Below, one piece after another: positions 1-14,636 of a stretch of 64,000 bases of DNA. The notes under the pieces are model-generated. The model saw nothing but the letters and a program-made list of their open reading frames with translations. It searched no databases and had not been told where the DNA came from. A program made the translations under genes and the position numbers. The stretch's first letter is position 1. The number at the start of each line of letters is the position of its first letter. Origin of the DNA: Adineta vaga (taxonomy: Eukaryota; Animalia; Rotifera); assembly GCA_021613535.1 (NCBI GenBank), contig CP075492.1, positions 6,448,001 to 6,512,000 on the forward strand, given 5' to 3'.

Positions 1-176
1 GCCCATCGATTCGACGCATGATCACGTCTATCTATTTTGTGTAGGAACGAGAAAGAGAAAAAAAAATTGTAAGTTGTGTACAACAATAGAAAGACATTAA
101 GGACATATGCATTTTAGTGCATATTTTCTTCCCGAAAAGAGATGTACATAAAAAACTAAATGTTCCAAAAGAAAAA

Positions 177-3100
177 ATGGTAGTTCAAGCTAAACCACAT
201 AGGAAACAGATCTATTATCGTAGTCGACGAGTAGGCATTATAAAAATTTATATATATATATATTTAATCGAAACATTTAATATTATGTAATATTCTAGTC
301 CGATGATACGACAGCAACCAAATCCGATGTTGCACCTCTTTCAAGTCTTCCAGATTCTCAACCAACACCACTATTATCAGCGACACCATCATTAGAATGT
401 GTGACACCACCACAAACACCAACACCAGTGACAAATACTGACAAATCGGAAGCAGCACCAAATCAACGATTACGTTATGATCGACACGAACTTTTACGTA
501 TTCGTGATAGTTCAGGCGCATTTCCCATTCCTCAACTTCCAGATCTTGATATTGTTCTTAAGCTACGTGATGCTCGTCTGTCACACCCATCGTATACAGG
601 TGCAAATAGTCAAGGACGTATCAATCCTAACTTACATCGACAAATATCCGGAACTAATCATCAATCACTAAATCGTTATCCAAATAATCAATCAAATAGT
701 GCCAGTGATTCAAGACGTAATAGACCAGGAATTTATCTATCCAATGAACCTGATTTCAGTAATCGGGTTGAAAATCCGTATAAACCAATTGATCAAACCA
801 AACTTGATGCAAGTAATAAAGTTTTACGTGATGTGAAAGCTATTCTGAATAAAGTAACGCCACAAACTTATGATAAATTACAAAAACAATTGGAATTATT
901 AGAAATCGATCGTTATGAACGATTAGAAGGAATGATCACTATATTTTTTTCCAAAGTAAATTTTAATATATTTTTTTCTTTTGACATTACAAAATTGAAT
1001 TTTTCTTCTCAATTTTAGGCAGTTGATGAACCGGCATTTAGTTTTCTATATGCAAAATTATGTAAACAATTTCAAAAAGTTAGTTTTCTTTTCTATTCAT
1101 AGATTTGATTTTCATTTGAATATATTATTCTTCATAGAAACAAGTAACTGTACCGGGTGAAGATGGCAAAACAGTAACACATTATTTTCGTCAAATTTTA
1201 CTAACACGTTGTCAAAAAGAATTCGAAAATGATTATAGACAAGAAATTGAATATGAAAAACGAAAAGGTGAAGTCGACGCAATTCCAGATGAGAAGAAAC
1301 GTAAAGAAGAATCTGATAAATTAGAAGAAGATCTTGTTAAAGCAAAACGAAGAAAATTGGGAAATATTTTGTAAGTTCTTCAATAACAAAAGTTTTTCTC
1401 TGTCAATTCGAAGTAGAATGATTTGTTATTAGAATGAACTCATATATTGATTTGTTTTAGTTTTATTGGTGAATTATTTAAATTACAAATGTTAACTGAT
1501 ACTATTATGTATGATTGTATCGAATATTTACTTCGTGATAAAACTGATGAAGAAAGTCTGGAATGTCTTTGCCGTCTATTACGTACGATTGGTAAAGAAC
1601 TTGATGCTAAAGCTAGTGAAAAAGTATGATGATTTTTCTAATAAAATTGCATTTAATTTCATCAATCATTGATTCATTTTAGCACATTAACAAGACAAAT
1701 TTGGAAAAACATTATCGTGAATTAGAAAATATTGTGAAAGAACAGAAAGCATCTGCACGTATTCGTTTTATGATTCAAGATCTTGTTGAATTGAGAGCAG
1801 TAAGATAGAGATTTAATATTTTTTTGTAAAAGAATATTTCAATCGTTTTATTTCTTCTTCATTGTCTAGGCAAATTGGGTTGCTCGTCGTGCTGAAGCTA
1901 AACCAACTACAATTGATGAAATTCATGAACAAGAACGTGCTAAACGTGAACAACAAGAACGTGATCAAGAACGTGACCGACAACAGCGACGTGATCAAAA
2001 TCGTGGTACAGCTATTGGTAGTGCCTATACTGGAGGTAATTCACAACAGTACAATGATAGTCGTGGTAGTCGTGGTAGTGGTATTAAACAACAATCAAAT
2101 AGAAATGATGAAGACAGAGTTGAAAATCGCTTTAATGTCAATTCATTAAGACAATTACAAACAAATGATAAACAAAGTCGTGGACCATTAGTAAGTTTAA
2201 TTGAATGAAAACCAAAGAAAATCTAAGAAATCATGATCTCATCTTCTCTTAGGCAATGAATTTAGCACCACAACGAACGTGGACAAAAGGATCTGGTATT
2301 GAAAAGAAACCTGAAGAAGATCGTTCATTTGCTGGACGGTAAGTTATTAAGAAACAAGATTTCTTTCTCGATTATACGTATATATTGCTTTTCTAGTGCT
2401 GGTAAACCACCTGCTGGTCCTGTTCAACAGATAAAAGGTAAAATTGGTACATCTCAAGGTGGTTCATCTTATCCTCTTCAACGACAATCATCACGCGTAA
2501 GATTAAAATGAAAACTAATTTCTTGCAATTATCTTCTTTTTTTTCAGGAATTAGCACGTGAAAATAGTCATCGTGATCGTGAAAATGCTTTACTATCATT
2601 ACGTAAAACAACTACTAGTAGTGGAATAAATAGTCCAGTGAATGCTGCTGGTAGTTCATCCATGGCAAATTCTCGTGAAGGTTCACGTAATGTTAGTCGT
2701 GAACAATCGCGTAATGCTTCACGAGAATCAAGTGTTAGTGAACGAGCATCAAATGCTGGTTTATCTACTCAAATAAGTAAATCATCAACCACTGATTCTT
2801 CTACTGTTATCAATCAAGATCCATCAAATACAACCTTCGATGAAGAAAAAACTCAAGCACGTGTACATTCACTTATTGAAGAATATACAGAAAACTATTC
2901 GGAATTAACTGATCGACCTGTTAAAGTAAAACATTCAATAGACAAATGATTTGTATCATGTTTTAATTTTCAAATGAACTATTTCTTTTTAGGAAGCTTT
3001 AGAAGATTTAGCTGCTTTCCGTACACCAAGTCTTGATCAACAAGCACTTATTGTTCGAGAATTATTTACTAATGTCTATGAAGCTAAATCACGTGCTCGT

Positions 3101-4537
3101 AAAGCTGTTGGACATTTACTTGATGCTGCACTTAATGAGGGTATTTTATCTTCTGATGCTTTAATTTCCGGGTATGTTCTGTTAAAATGTGACAAATCTT
3201 TTGCTCTATTCTCATTCTTTTAGTTTTAAAATGATTGTTGAAGCTGCTCCTGATTATGCCGTTGACATTCCTTTAATTTGGCAATATATTGGTGAAATAA
3301 TTGGTAAATTTGACTTCATTATTTTTCGTAAGATAAAATCAAAATGATCTTTTCTTAGGTGCATTCATTGGTGCTCCATCTTCGAATATGTCACAAATAA
3401 AACCAATTTTACAGTGCGTTCCGGACAATAAATCGAAACAATTATTTCAATATATTATTAAATACGCAACTGAATTTTTGGTATGATTCTATTTTACTAT
3501 TTCATAGTGTTATTGAAAAGAAAATCTCTGTCTATTTGTAGTCTCAATCACGCATACAAAAATTTTGGCAATCATCCGGTTTTTCTATTCAAGATTTAAT
3601 TAAATCTGATCTTGTTGATGCTGAATTTTTAAAAGAATATGATTGGTTGTCTGATACGCCTGAAAATGAACCTTCAACGCCACAATCAAAAGAAAATCTT
3701 TCACCACGTGCAGATCCCCAACTTGTTAAATTATTTAAATCTGTTAATGATCAAGGTACTGCAGTAACTGATCCTGAAATAATCACATATATTCGTGAAG
3801 TATGATTTCTCCATTCAGTAATCAATCTTTATTTTAATCAACTATTTTAGCATATGGATTCAACTGAAAAATTCTATATTCGAAACATTGTTCTCTCCTA
3901 TTTGGAAGCATGTTTGATTAATCGTGATCCACAAAAGAAAATTCAAGAAGATATTGCAAAAAAACGAATGACAATACTCAATGCTATCATTGAACATAAA
4001 CCGGAAGCTGAAATTCAAGCTGTTTATGCAATTCAAAATTTTGTCAATAAACTCGAACATCCACCTAGTATGTATAAAATTTTGTTTTCTTCAAACTTCC
4101 TCTGATAATGTTGCTTAGCAATCAGCCGTAGAGATGATGAGACATGTTAAGTAAACAAAACTAAGTAAACATGATAAGAATAATAACCTAAGGAAATGTC
4201 TACTATAATCGAGAAAATCAATAAGCAGTACTATATTTAGAATGTTTATTTCTCAAATGTAAATACAATTCTTTTTTTTTCTTTATAGAAATGGCTCGAC
4301 TACTATTTGACATATTTTATGATGAAGAATGTGTAAGTGAAGATGCATTTTTTGAATGGCTCAAACATCCAGATCAATCAGAAACTGAAGGTAAGATACG
4401 AAGAACTATTTTGAAAAAATCAACAAACAATTCTCCTTGTAGGACATGCGGTTGTTGAAATGTCAACGAAAGACTTTTTTACTTGGTTACAACAAGCTGA
4501 AACTGAAGTTGAAGAAGGCGAAGAAGAAGGAAGTTAA
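177..4537 (+). CDS. EIF4G: Eukaryotic translation initiation factor 4 gamma (multi-exon, ~17 exons; 5' end uncertain)
   Basis: eIF4E-binding motif YDRHELL (YxxxxLphi); MIF4G domain ([73 protein letters not shown]); MA3 domain; C-terminal W2 domain ([19 protein letters not shown]...FFTWLQQAE); stop TAA 4535-4537. An ATG at 177 splices in frame (intron 231-298), but upstream exons may exist. Confidence 0.95.
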
Positions 4538-5374
4538 ATTTTAATATCATCAAAAATCTTTCTTTGATGATTTGTTATTGTTATTCTTTCTTTCTTTTTT
4601 GTTATTAGACAATATGTTTTTTTTTTCGTTTTCTTTTCTTTTCTCATTCTCTTTATTTATTTTCTAAAACATAAAAACAAAACATATATATTATATCTGT
4701 ATACAACGCATGCGATTGATTATGAATTGCCTCGTCCTCTCTCTCTCTTCCGATTTAAACTTGTCAAGAACTGTGACTTTCTCTTTGCCTGTTTTTCCTG
4801 AATTGAAGTATTCACATGATCTACATTCTTTTCTTTCTTTGTCTTCATCCCGTTATTGATCTGTTGTGACTGTTCGATTTCTTTTGTTTCAATGTGTGTT
4901 AAACAGTATACTCAATGATCACAAAAGACGCACTTTTCCGTGTTTTTTCTCTCTTTCTTTCTCGGTGTACATTTGAAAACTAAACACACATACACACATA
5001 TATATAAGTAGGATAAAAGGCTGAATAAAAGACATTTTCAAACCTGATCTATCGAATTTTTGCAAGCAGTTCAAAGAAAAATAACCAATAACCTTATTTC
5101 CTAAAACAGTACATGTTTTCTCTCTTTTGTTCTCTTTCTTTCATTTTCTGTTTGTCTTTTGTTTGTGTATCCGATCTCTTCTCTATATCTCTTTCTCTGT
5201 CATACATGCACACGCACATACATTGTCCTCATCATCTTTTCCTCTGTGTCTTCTTGTCTTTCGTTAAAACATTTTCTTCTGTTTTTTTTTTCTTTCATGT
5301 TGTTATTGGTTGATTTTTTCTTTTTTTTATTCACCAAGCAATAAGAAAGAAAGAGATACACAAGGCGACAAGTT

Positions 5375-6217
5375 TTAAGTAAAAATACGATGACCATATT
5401 CACGTCCTTCATTAGCTAATTGTAATGCAACACATACTGGACAACATGTTGTTAGACAACAATCTTCAAGAATAGAACCCTAAAGAATAAAATCATCTTT
5501 AGATTACTTTATCTTTGACAAAAGAATGGATGTTTTTACTTGAATTGCGTATTGTGTTCGAAATTTTGTTCTTAATTCCATCAATGGTGCACAATTCAAA
5601 AACCATATACACCAATGTTCTTTCATCATGGATGATAATTCATGTCGAAAACAACACCAACACATACAAGCATAACAGAAAAGATTGAAATCATCGAATA
5701 ATGAGCATAGACTATAAGTCCATTCGTTTGTTCCTTGCCAATTTAAATGAGGACGACCACGATTTTTTATGGAAGGTTTTACCCATGTTTCTATATGTGT
5801 TGGTTGACTTTGAATTGTGATGGAAGATTTCGATTGTTCAAAAGCACTGCTTCTTGAACTTCTTTCATCAATTTGATCGTCCTGAAAAGAAATTTTTATT
5901 ATGTTTAACTGTTCTTCATCAATAATTGAAGCTTACCGATATGGGTGGAACAGTACTAAATTGTTGTGCATTAAGTTTGGACGATGCTGTTTCCTAAACT
6001 CGAGTTTTATCGAAGGAAAAATTTGTAATGAATAAATTCTTACAGTTCGTTCTTTCTCTTCGGGATGAACTTTACTTGTACGTCGCTCTTCAGGTGGTTT
6101 TAAATGCAATGTTATTGTATTCTTCTCTGGATCATCACGCGTTTCTTTGAAATTAATTTGATTTAATACTTGTCGTGGAATTCGGACTACAGAAATTCGT
6201 TGTGGTGCTTTTGTCAT
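5375..6217 (-). CDS. PLAC8/cornifelin-family cysteine-rich protein (3 exons)
   Basis: Spliced translation gives WNYSLCSLFDD-like start, CYACMCWCC, ELRTKFRTQYAIQ|GSILEDCCLTTCCPVCVALQLANE, matching the PLAC8 domain; introns ~5882-5936 and ~5480-5540. Confidence 0.85.
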
Positions 6218-6555
6218 GATGAAATATGTAATAATGAAAGAAATCATTATTATATATATATATATGTACAGAAAAAAAATGTATGGTTTCTATTCGTTAT
6301 TAATCAACAGAATGGAAAACCGAAAGAACAATTGATTTGATTTTATATGTTTTCATCAAAGGTGATACAGATATGAATGGTAAAAAGATTATTTTTATAA
6401 AAGAAATACAGAATTTATTATTCATTTATGGGCGTGTTAATTGATAATTAGAGACAGAAAACAAAACATCTTTATAAATGAATGAGAAATTTAAATTAGC
6501 TTTGATAGAAGATGTTTATCACATAACCTAGATATTCTCATCTTTGGATTGATTC

Positions 6556-7306
6556 ATGAAGAACTATTCGCGCAGTTTTGATAATGAAAAGAACTCTTTA
6601 ACTGTTTGGAAAAGAATTGTTATGGTAAAACAGCGTGAATTTGAATTACTTCAACGTCGTGAAGAAATTCTTCGTGAAACAGCTGATCTTACATCAAATG
6701 TTGTTCAATCACTTGAACAACAACAAAAATTTGCTCAGGATACAAAAGAAAATTTACATCAACAAAATCTTCTCTTATCATTAGCAAATGATAAAATGCG
6801 TTCAATGAATCAAGATCTAACATTTGTAGTCAATGAAATGAATGAAATTGATACTCAATATGGATGTTTATGTTGTAATCGAAGGAAAAAGAAAACAAAG
6901 AAGAGTTCTCAACAAACTATTGATCCTAAATCAAATGGAATATCTTCTAATATAAAGGAAAAATCGACGGATATTAAAAATGGAAATATTCCCGAATTAG
7001 TTGATAATAATGAACAAGAAAAACTTATTGTTAATGAATTAAATCAAATGAGAAATCAATTGATTTGTTTTCAAGATCAAGTTAAAACAATAAACAAATC
7101 ATTTGAAGAAGGAAATGTAATTATTGATCAATTTGAAAATGAAACAAATCAATATATGAATTCAAGTATGTTTCTACGAATTTATTAATATTCAAAAGAG
7201 AAAGTAAAGAATTCTTTTTTTAGTTACAACAGCATTGAATAAAGCTGAACATGTTCTCGGTCGAAAATTCGTTGTTAATCAAGAAAAACAACAAATAACA
7301 AAATGA
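6556..7306 (+). CDS. SNAP-25/SNAP-23-like Qbc-SNARE (2 exons, intron 7166-7223)
   Basis: Two heptad coiled-coil segments separated by a linker with the Cys cluster YGCLCCNRRKKK, which resembles the SNAP-25 palmitoylation site; divergent. Confidence 0.65.
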
Positions 7307-8222
7307 GATTAATCAGAATCGGTTATTTACAGTGAGAATTGAAATAAGAGAAATCTTGAGGATTAAAATCATCTAGTTTTAAATTGTTTACTTGATATTG
7401 AGAAAAAAATAGAAGAATTCTATGCTCTTTGTGAATAATAGTACAAATATTTCAATCAATTTTTTATATTACTTTAGTTTAATTATAAAATAAAGACAAA
7501 GTCTATAAGCATACGATCGCTAATAGAAAAGTTTCTTTTCTTTGTAGTATCACCATGATAAACTCGATGAAACGTTTCACTATTTTATGAAAAAACGCCC
7601 ACAGATATATTCAAATAAAGGTTTTATGTTGTACTTCTTACACTATGAAAACGAATTGAGCGAGAAAGTCAATGAAGCATCGATTAATTTTAAAAAAATT
7701 GAAATAATTACATATAGTTTCTGTCTACTATTTCTTCATATTGAATTATACGAAAAAAAGGTACTTTTTTTGTGACAAAATAGTACATTTCTAATGAAAA
7801 CTTTCTTTTAAAACTAGAACATTTTTTTCAATTATAGAAATGAATTAAATATTGAAACACTTTACATTTTCTTAATTGAATAATGTTTTCTTCATCAGGA
7901 AAAGAATGACTCTTAAAAATTTACCTACTTACTTACTATAGAAGCAATGATTCATTCTAACGATATATACAATATCTGATAAGTAAATGACAACTAACGA
8001 TTATCTATTTATTAACCATGAAACGATCTCTTTGGTTCATTACCATTCTTTATCATTATCAATCCGATTGAATCAAACAATTTATACGAATATAGATTCT
8101 TTTTCTTTTATTTAACGTTCAATTTAAAAGATACAAGGCAAAAATATTTCATATTATAAGCAGAAGATATATGAATAATACATGCGAGCAAAAGAGAATA
8201 TATAAATAAGTAATTCTCAGTT

Positions 8223-10248
8223 TTAAATAACAATCATATCTTCATTATCAATATCAACTTTGATATATATTGCATCATCTTTAATATATTCAAGTGTTAA
8301 CATTGTATCTAAATCGGTAAATCTTTGTGCACCAAAACTTGCATTACGATCAGTTATTGGTCGACCTAAAAACGGTTTATTTTCTTTGCAAATATTTGGT
8401 TTAACGGAATATATTATATGTCGACGATTATCAGCATCTTCACATTGATCAAGTAATGTAAATGTAACTCGATGTGAAAATGGCCAAACTAATAATGAAT
8501 CATAATCACCGCGACATATACAAATAAATAAGGAAACATATTTTCCTTTGGCTAAAATTTAATTAAACAAAGTATTCCGATGAGAAAAGAAAAAAAAGCT
8601 CTATATGCAATTCTTTACCTTTTCCATCTCCACATAAACAAATTGATAAAGCAAGACGATAACCATGACGACTTGTAGAAAATGGTGGACTAAATAAGGT
8701 TGTTTTCTTATTTGAACGAGCTTCTTGAAGTCTTTCCTAAGAAGAAGAACAGAAGAATTTTAATTAGATACAAACAATCGTTTCATACAGCATAATGATC
8801 AATCTTCCATATATATTGAGATCCATAAGATTTTTCTAATGCATTGATTTTTCGTGATAGAAGATCAATCCAATTTTTCTGTTCATTGATTCGTTCTTCA
8901 TATAATTGTAAAACTTTCTTTTGTAAAGATATTGTTTTACCAGCCATATTTAAATGAATACCAGGATTTTCTTTCATATGTACGGCAATATCAGGTCGAT
9001 GACCACGATAATCACATGTACAATCACTAAATGGACACGGTATTTCTTGTTTTGGACAGACATTATCTAAATGTTCTTGTATCTAAATAACGATTAAAAT
9101 GATAATTTGTGATGGAAAAAAGAGAAAGTTTATTCAATAGTACTTGTCTACGTGGATATTCTTCAGTTGAACATTGATTTGGACATGGAACTTTGAATTC
9201 TGTACAAATACTCAAATGATTAACTTCATTTTCTAGTGGAACATTTGTTTTGCCTAATTGAAAGAGAAATCCAATCTATAAGGTCTCATTATGCATACAA
9301 TTAATTTCCTTACAAAATTCACAAGTAATCATTCGTTTTGAACAATCTTCCAATTGATGGTTCGTTGTGAATCGTCTTTCAAAACTTGCTCCACATCCAT
9401 TTGGACAATCGATTATAATAAATGTACAGGTTTCAATATGAACTTGAAAATCACGTAATGTACCACTCCACATACAACCTTTATCTTTATGTGTACAGTA
9501 AACTTCTAAGCTTTGAATATCTTTTTGAAGACTTTTATCATTGACAATTTTATCTTTGGAAATTGGTTGTTGACATTTTGGACATCGTGGTGCAACACTA
9601 TAGAAAACAAGGATTCATTGGTAAAAATTAGCATTTTGATGTTGAGTCTTACCGCATGATATCTGGTAAACAACTGGAGCATATGTAATGACCACAATCT
9701 TCGAATTGTACAGGAAAACGTAAATAATTTAAACACGATGGACATTGATAATTTGCTGGAAGTTCACCACTTTTCCATTTCGGTTCAGGTTCGGCTTTTC
9801 TATACGAGAAAAAAATGGATTCAATGGTGAATTTCTAGCTGTATAGATAGCTTTTGAATTGGAGAGAAATATCAAACCTGCCTAAAGGTGATTTTATCAA
9901 ACCATTTGTAGTCATAATTTCTTTTGTTTTGAAATAAATAATGTCGCACGTCTTTTAAAATAACTAACTCAAATGAGTTTTACTTCTCATTAAGTATTCG
10001 AACGTGTCGGCTTGTAGATAGAGCGATGTATAAATGTATAAAAGAGAATTTACTATAAGCATAATTCTCACAAGAGAAAAAAAAACTCAATTTTCTTCTG
10101 CGAAAATAATCAAGATATATTGAATGAGTTTTTACCGTCGAGCTAAACCGGTTGTCGGTTGTAATCGAGACATAGATGAAGCTGTACTTCGTACAGATAA
10201 TAATGATCCATCATAGGTAGGAATAGTAAGTGGTGATTCTGTCATCAT
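8223..10248 (-). CDS. TNF receptor-associated factor (RING + TRAF zinc fingers + MATH), TRAF4-like
   Basis: RING CPSC..CGHYICSSC..CPKC; TRAF zinc fingers (CPNGCG, CEFC, CPNQC, CPF); MATH domain (YIWKIDHY, FSPPFSTSRHGYRL, RGDYDSLLVWPFSHRVTFTLLDQ, RPITDRNASFG); ends DMIVI*. Confidence 0.92.
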
Positions 10249-10534
10249 TGTAAATGTGTTTTTCTTTGAAATAACCAACACTTTGTCAAATGCGTGAATA
10301 AGTACTGCTTTTTTTAATACTTTATAAAGTTCTTCAAATATTCACAAGTTTTCTTTTTCTTTTTTAGATGATTTAATAGAGAAAAAATACTTTGTATAAA
10401 GAGAGAGTGAGAGAGTGAGAATCAAAACTACGTCGGAAAATATGTTTCCACGGCAAACTTATTATTTTCTATTCAAGTGATATAGACATTGTTTTGAAAA
10501 GAAAAAAAACATGACTCCCATATATCTAAATAAA

Positions 10535-10542
10535 TGACGTCA
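10535..10542. promoter_or_regulatory. Perfect CRE palindrome TGACGTCA ~290 bp upstream of the TRAF ATG
   Basis: Exact 8-bp consensus in the TRAF/Rho divergent intergenic region; function not demonstrated. Confidence 0.35.
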
Positions 10543-12693
10543 GAACATGTCTAATGATGTAGGCATTGATTGTATACATAAACTAAATAGAAAATTAGAA
10601 TTAATTGAAAGCATCTGATAGATAGTTGATCGAACAATAATATAGTCTCGTTTCATCAATAATCATTGCTTGGCATCGTTTAAGTTATCAAGTATGGTTA
10701 TATCATCAGAACTGATTAATCTGCCATTCGTTGATATATTGCCCACAGTTGATGCATGATGTTCTTTGTTGAAGGGGAAAAATGAGTTTGTCACTTCGTA
10801 TTCATCTGCTTGATTGAACACGACAAAAGAATAAGAGCATATATAGACTTCTTAAACTCATTAGAAATGTTATTGTCGATCATCTATTCATCTCTCTCGA
10901 CATATTTTCTCTCTCTCTCTCTCTTTTTTTCATATTGTATATATTTATATGTTTTTATCCTATTCACATACCATCACATCGATAGACTTGTTTTTCATTG
11001 TTATCAAAATAAAAGAACACGATAGAACTATGCTATTCACAGAATAGAAATGCCACGAATAAAGGTTAATAGAATTTTTCTTTCAAAGACAAACAGAAAA
11101 TGATTGTAAGTTGCAAAAAAAACGTTCTTTTTCTTCCTCTTTCATTCTTTATACCTCATATGATTGATTGATCGTCAATATCGATCTAAGATACTCATCT
11201 TCTTTCGTTATTAGTGCGAAAGAAAACGAACAAGAAGGCCACCAGCTCGAGAATACTTGTATCGATCAATAGATTGCATTTATTTTCCATCAGTTTATTG
11301 TATACTAAGTCCTATTACCTTTGCCCTCGCATACATTTTCTTGTCTTACCTTGACTTGATGAAGTGTGACCATCAGCGTTATGATGTTTATCAATTAGAA
11401 AAAAAATGTATTCTTCTTTTCCTTCATTTTCTTTTTTAACACTCAATGTATTTATGTTTATTAAAGGCTTTCTTTATTTTTCTTGTATATATCAATCATT
11501 TGTGATTTTAATCTGAGAGTGAAGATGAGTTGTCAAACGATATCTATTAGATAAATCAAAACAAATGATATTTCATTTTCTTTTCCAGTCGATACGTATA
11601 TTTGATATTCGAAAGAATGAATAGTCATCATTTTTTGTTATTCATACTAGATCCTTGAGAAGATACAAGAGAAAAAACGGCAACGACGTCGACCTCAATA
11701 GAAGAAAAAAAAGTGATTATTTTACTCTTCTTCTTTTTTTCTCATTTTTTTCGGTTATACTTTCAAAAAATTGATTTCCGACCGTAACCATCACATCAAC
11801 ACATTATAAGCACGTTCTTTCTCGTGTCAATACAAAAAATCATGGTTAAAGTAAGACGATGAATTTGACTTAAGTAGATCTCTATCGAACTAAACAATTT
11901 GAGATTCTTTTCTGTGTCTAGTCAAACAATGATGACATCTTGATCGAGTTCGATTGCTGTTTTTCACATAGAAATGAAAACAATCTGTGTAGTATTGATG
12001 TTCTTCCGTTCGTTGTCGCTTCGAGTTACGATTTTATTGACAATAACGGAAGGCAGAAGAAAAAAAGATTAGGATGAAATCATTCGCAATATAAAACAAA
12101 AAATCCAAAATAGACAATAGAATGATGACGAACTCGGAAAAGACAGATCGCCCTTCGAATATTTCTCTCGTTTTTTTTTCTCCTCTCTTTAGCCTTGTTT
12201 GTCGTTGTTAGAATAAATAGAGCAGCGAGTAAAAGAAACCAGATGATGATATATGATAAGGAATATCTCTAATCGACTGATGGACGACAAATCGAGAGAA
12301 AAGAGTAGGGATAACAAGCAAGTTCTTTAGCTTATGTTTATTTATCCTCGAAAGATCATTTATTGTTGGTTAAACTTCTAAATAACAATCAACATTCAAT
12401 GTCTTGTTCGGCATTAATGAAATCAACGGATGCCTTTATTCAAAAGGTATTAACGTGTGTATAGTTTGTTAGTTAAAGAAAATATCTAATTACAACAAAA
12501 TTCTGTAGACATGAGTAATAAATTGATGTCCTTTCATGTCATGGACAGTAACAAATACTTCTGTTTGTAACTAAAACGATTTAAGGTGTCTGTCATTTAC
12601 TTGACATTCTATAAGTAATATCTTTATCCTTATTGTAATCGATAATAACTTACAAATCTTGAAATAGATTCTTCTTTTTTTTTGGTTTAGAAG

Positions 12694-13576
12694 ATGAGCC
12701 CAAACTGTTTCGATATGATCTCGTCATCAGCTACACAATCATCAACAACAATCTCATCATCTAGTTCATCTGGTCCACTTGTACCACCATCGTTATCATC
12801 ATCATCATCTACAAATCCACAATATACAGATGGACATATTACATCCGTCATTATTGGTGATAGTGGTGTCGGAAAATCTGCCTTAGTTGTTAGTTATACA
12901 ACAAATGGCTTTCCAAAACAATACGTACCTACAGCATTTGATAATTATTCAGTTGATGTTTCCGTTGGCACTCAACCTGTTCATTTCGACATTTGCGATA
13001 CAGGTGGAAAGGTAAAACACTTATTCGGATGATGATAATGATAGAAATATATATGATTTCTAGGAACAATTCTCACCTTTACATGGTCTCTGTATCCCGT
13101 ACAGTGATGTTATCTTACTTTGCTTTAGTGTTGTCAATCCACAATCATTTCAAAATGCAATAACCTATTGGTTATCCCGAGCACGTCGTTCCAATTCAAC
13201 AATTCCTATTATTCTTGTCGGTACACAAATGGATTTACGATCGGATTTGAAAACTTTACTTTCACTTGATCAACAAAAATTGAAACCGGTGACAGAAAAA
13301 GAAGCACGAATTTGTGCACAACAAATTCATGCATGTACTTATATTGAATGCTCGGCATTAACTGAAAAAAATCTAAAAAATGTTTTCGATACAGCTCTCT
13401 TAACTGCACTTGAATTTCGTAATGCTAATGCATTATTACCACTTCCATCAACATCAATTGTACCATTGATTGAACAACAAAAGCAAACAACAAATAATAA
13501 ACAACGATCATCACGTCAGCATTCACATTCAAGGAAAACTTGGAGAAGATTAGTATCGGGTTGTATTGGAGTTTGA
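12694..13576 (+). CDS. RhoU/RhoV (Wrch/Chp)-like atypical Rho GTPase (intron 13012-13063)
   Basis: GDSGVGKSALVVSYTTNGFPKQYVPTAFDNYSV (RhoU/V signature), G4 TQMD, YIECSALTEKNLKNVFD, Ser/Pro-rich N-terminal extension, C-terminal CIGV. Confidence 0.9.
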
Positions 13577-14636
13577 GAAATTCATTCGAAAACACGTATG
13601 CATTTATTTATATGTATGTGTGGGTGGGTGGGTTTTCTATCATTTTTTTCTTATAATGGAGAAAGTTTTATTCATGTCTGATTTATTTTATATATTCTAA
13701 TAAAAAAAATATAATCTTAATAATAAGAACTAACTACGCATAAGACGATGTAGAAATAACAAAAGTGAATGATATTTGTATAGATATAAGATATTATGAA
13801 GGTTTTAGACATAAATAATCAATCGTTTTGTATATAACTTTGATGACCTTTTTGTTTTTTTAGCGTCATTTTTGATAACATTGAGTAACACTTGATGGCA
13901 TAAGATTCGATTTCTTATTTATATAAATATATATATATATATATTAATGAAACAATTCAAATCATTCTTTGACTGATTTCATTTTATGATACTATTTGAT
14001 CTTTAATAATGTTTATTGAAATAGAACAATAATTATTCTTTCTAATGTTACATTTATTCACGTGCTAGACATCAGTTTGATTCTTACTTACAATATTCCC
14101 ATGATAGTTTCACATTACATCTGTTTATTAGGAAAATAACAACTAAATTTAATACGATTATAGTTTTAGTACATTCGACATCGACCTATCAATTGCATCT
14201 CGATTGAGTCAAGACAATAATGAATGATGCAAATATATAATTCGACATTAGTAAACTTTTATGAAACATTTTCAAAATTGTCCTATACAAAGAATCGATA
14301 GCTGCTGTTTACAAATACGAGTAGATATTCAATATTGAACGCTTTGTGGCGACCTCTCACATTTTGATTACATATGGTGATGAAGCTATCCATTCATTCA
14401 GTATAATATTATGATGAATCATTTTCATAACTTCGCGACGCGATCGATCAATGTAATCAACTCAAATATTCATACTCGATCTCGGTCGAAATGCACTTTT
14501 GTAGAGGTTAGGTTAGTAGAAAATCACATGTAACTAACTATCGATTTCTATCGTATTGAAGAGATGTCGATACGAAATAGTTTACTAATCTAATAATCAT
14601 TTATTGTTTAAAGCGAGATTAATAAAAAAAGAAAAA

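Noticed and set aside
4125-4260. Possible intronic C/D snoRNA (ATGATGA at ~4134)
   Set aside because: No downstream CTGA D box or terminal stem found.
5113-5412. Several short Phe/Lys-rich ORFs
   Set aside because: Pyrimidine-rich convergent 3' UTRs of eIF4G and the PLAC8 gene.
14230-14560. Slightly GC-richer stretch with small palindromes and AGGTTAGGTTAG
   Set aside because: Could be a transposon remnant, but no TIR pair, target-site duplication or coding trace could be supported; too short to be a telomeric array.
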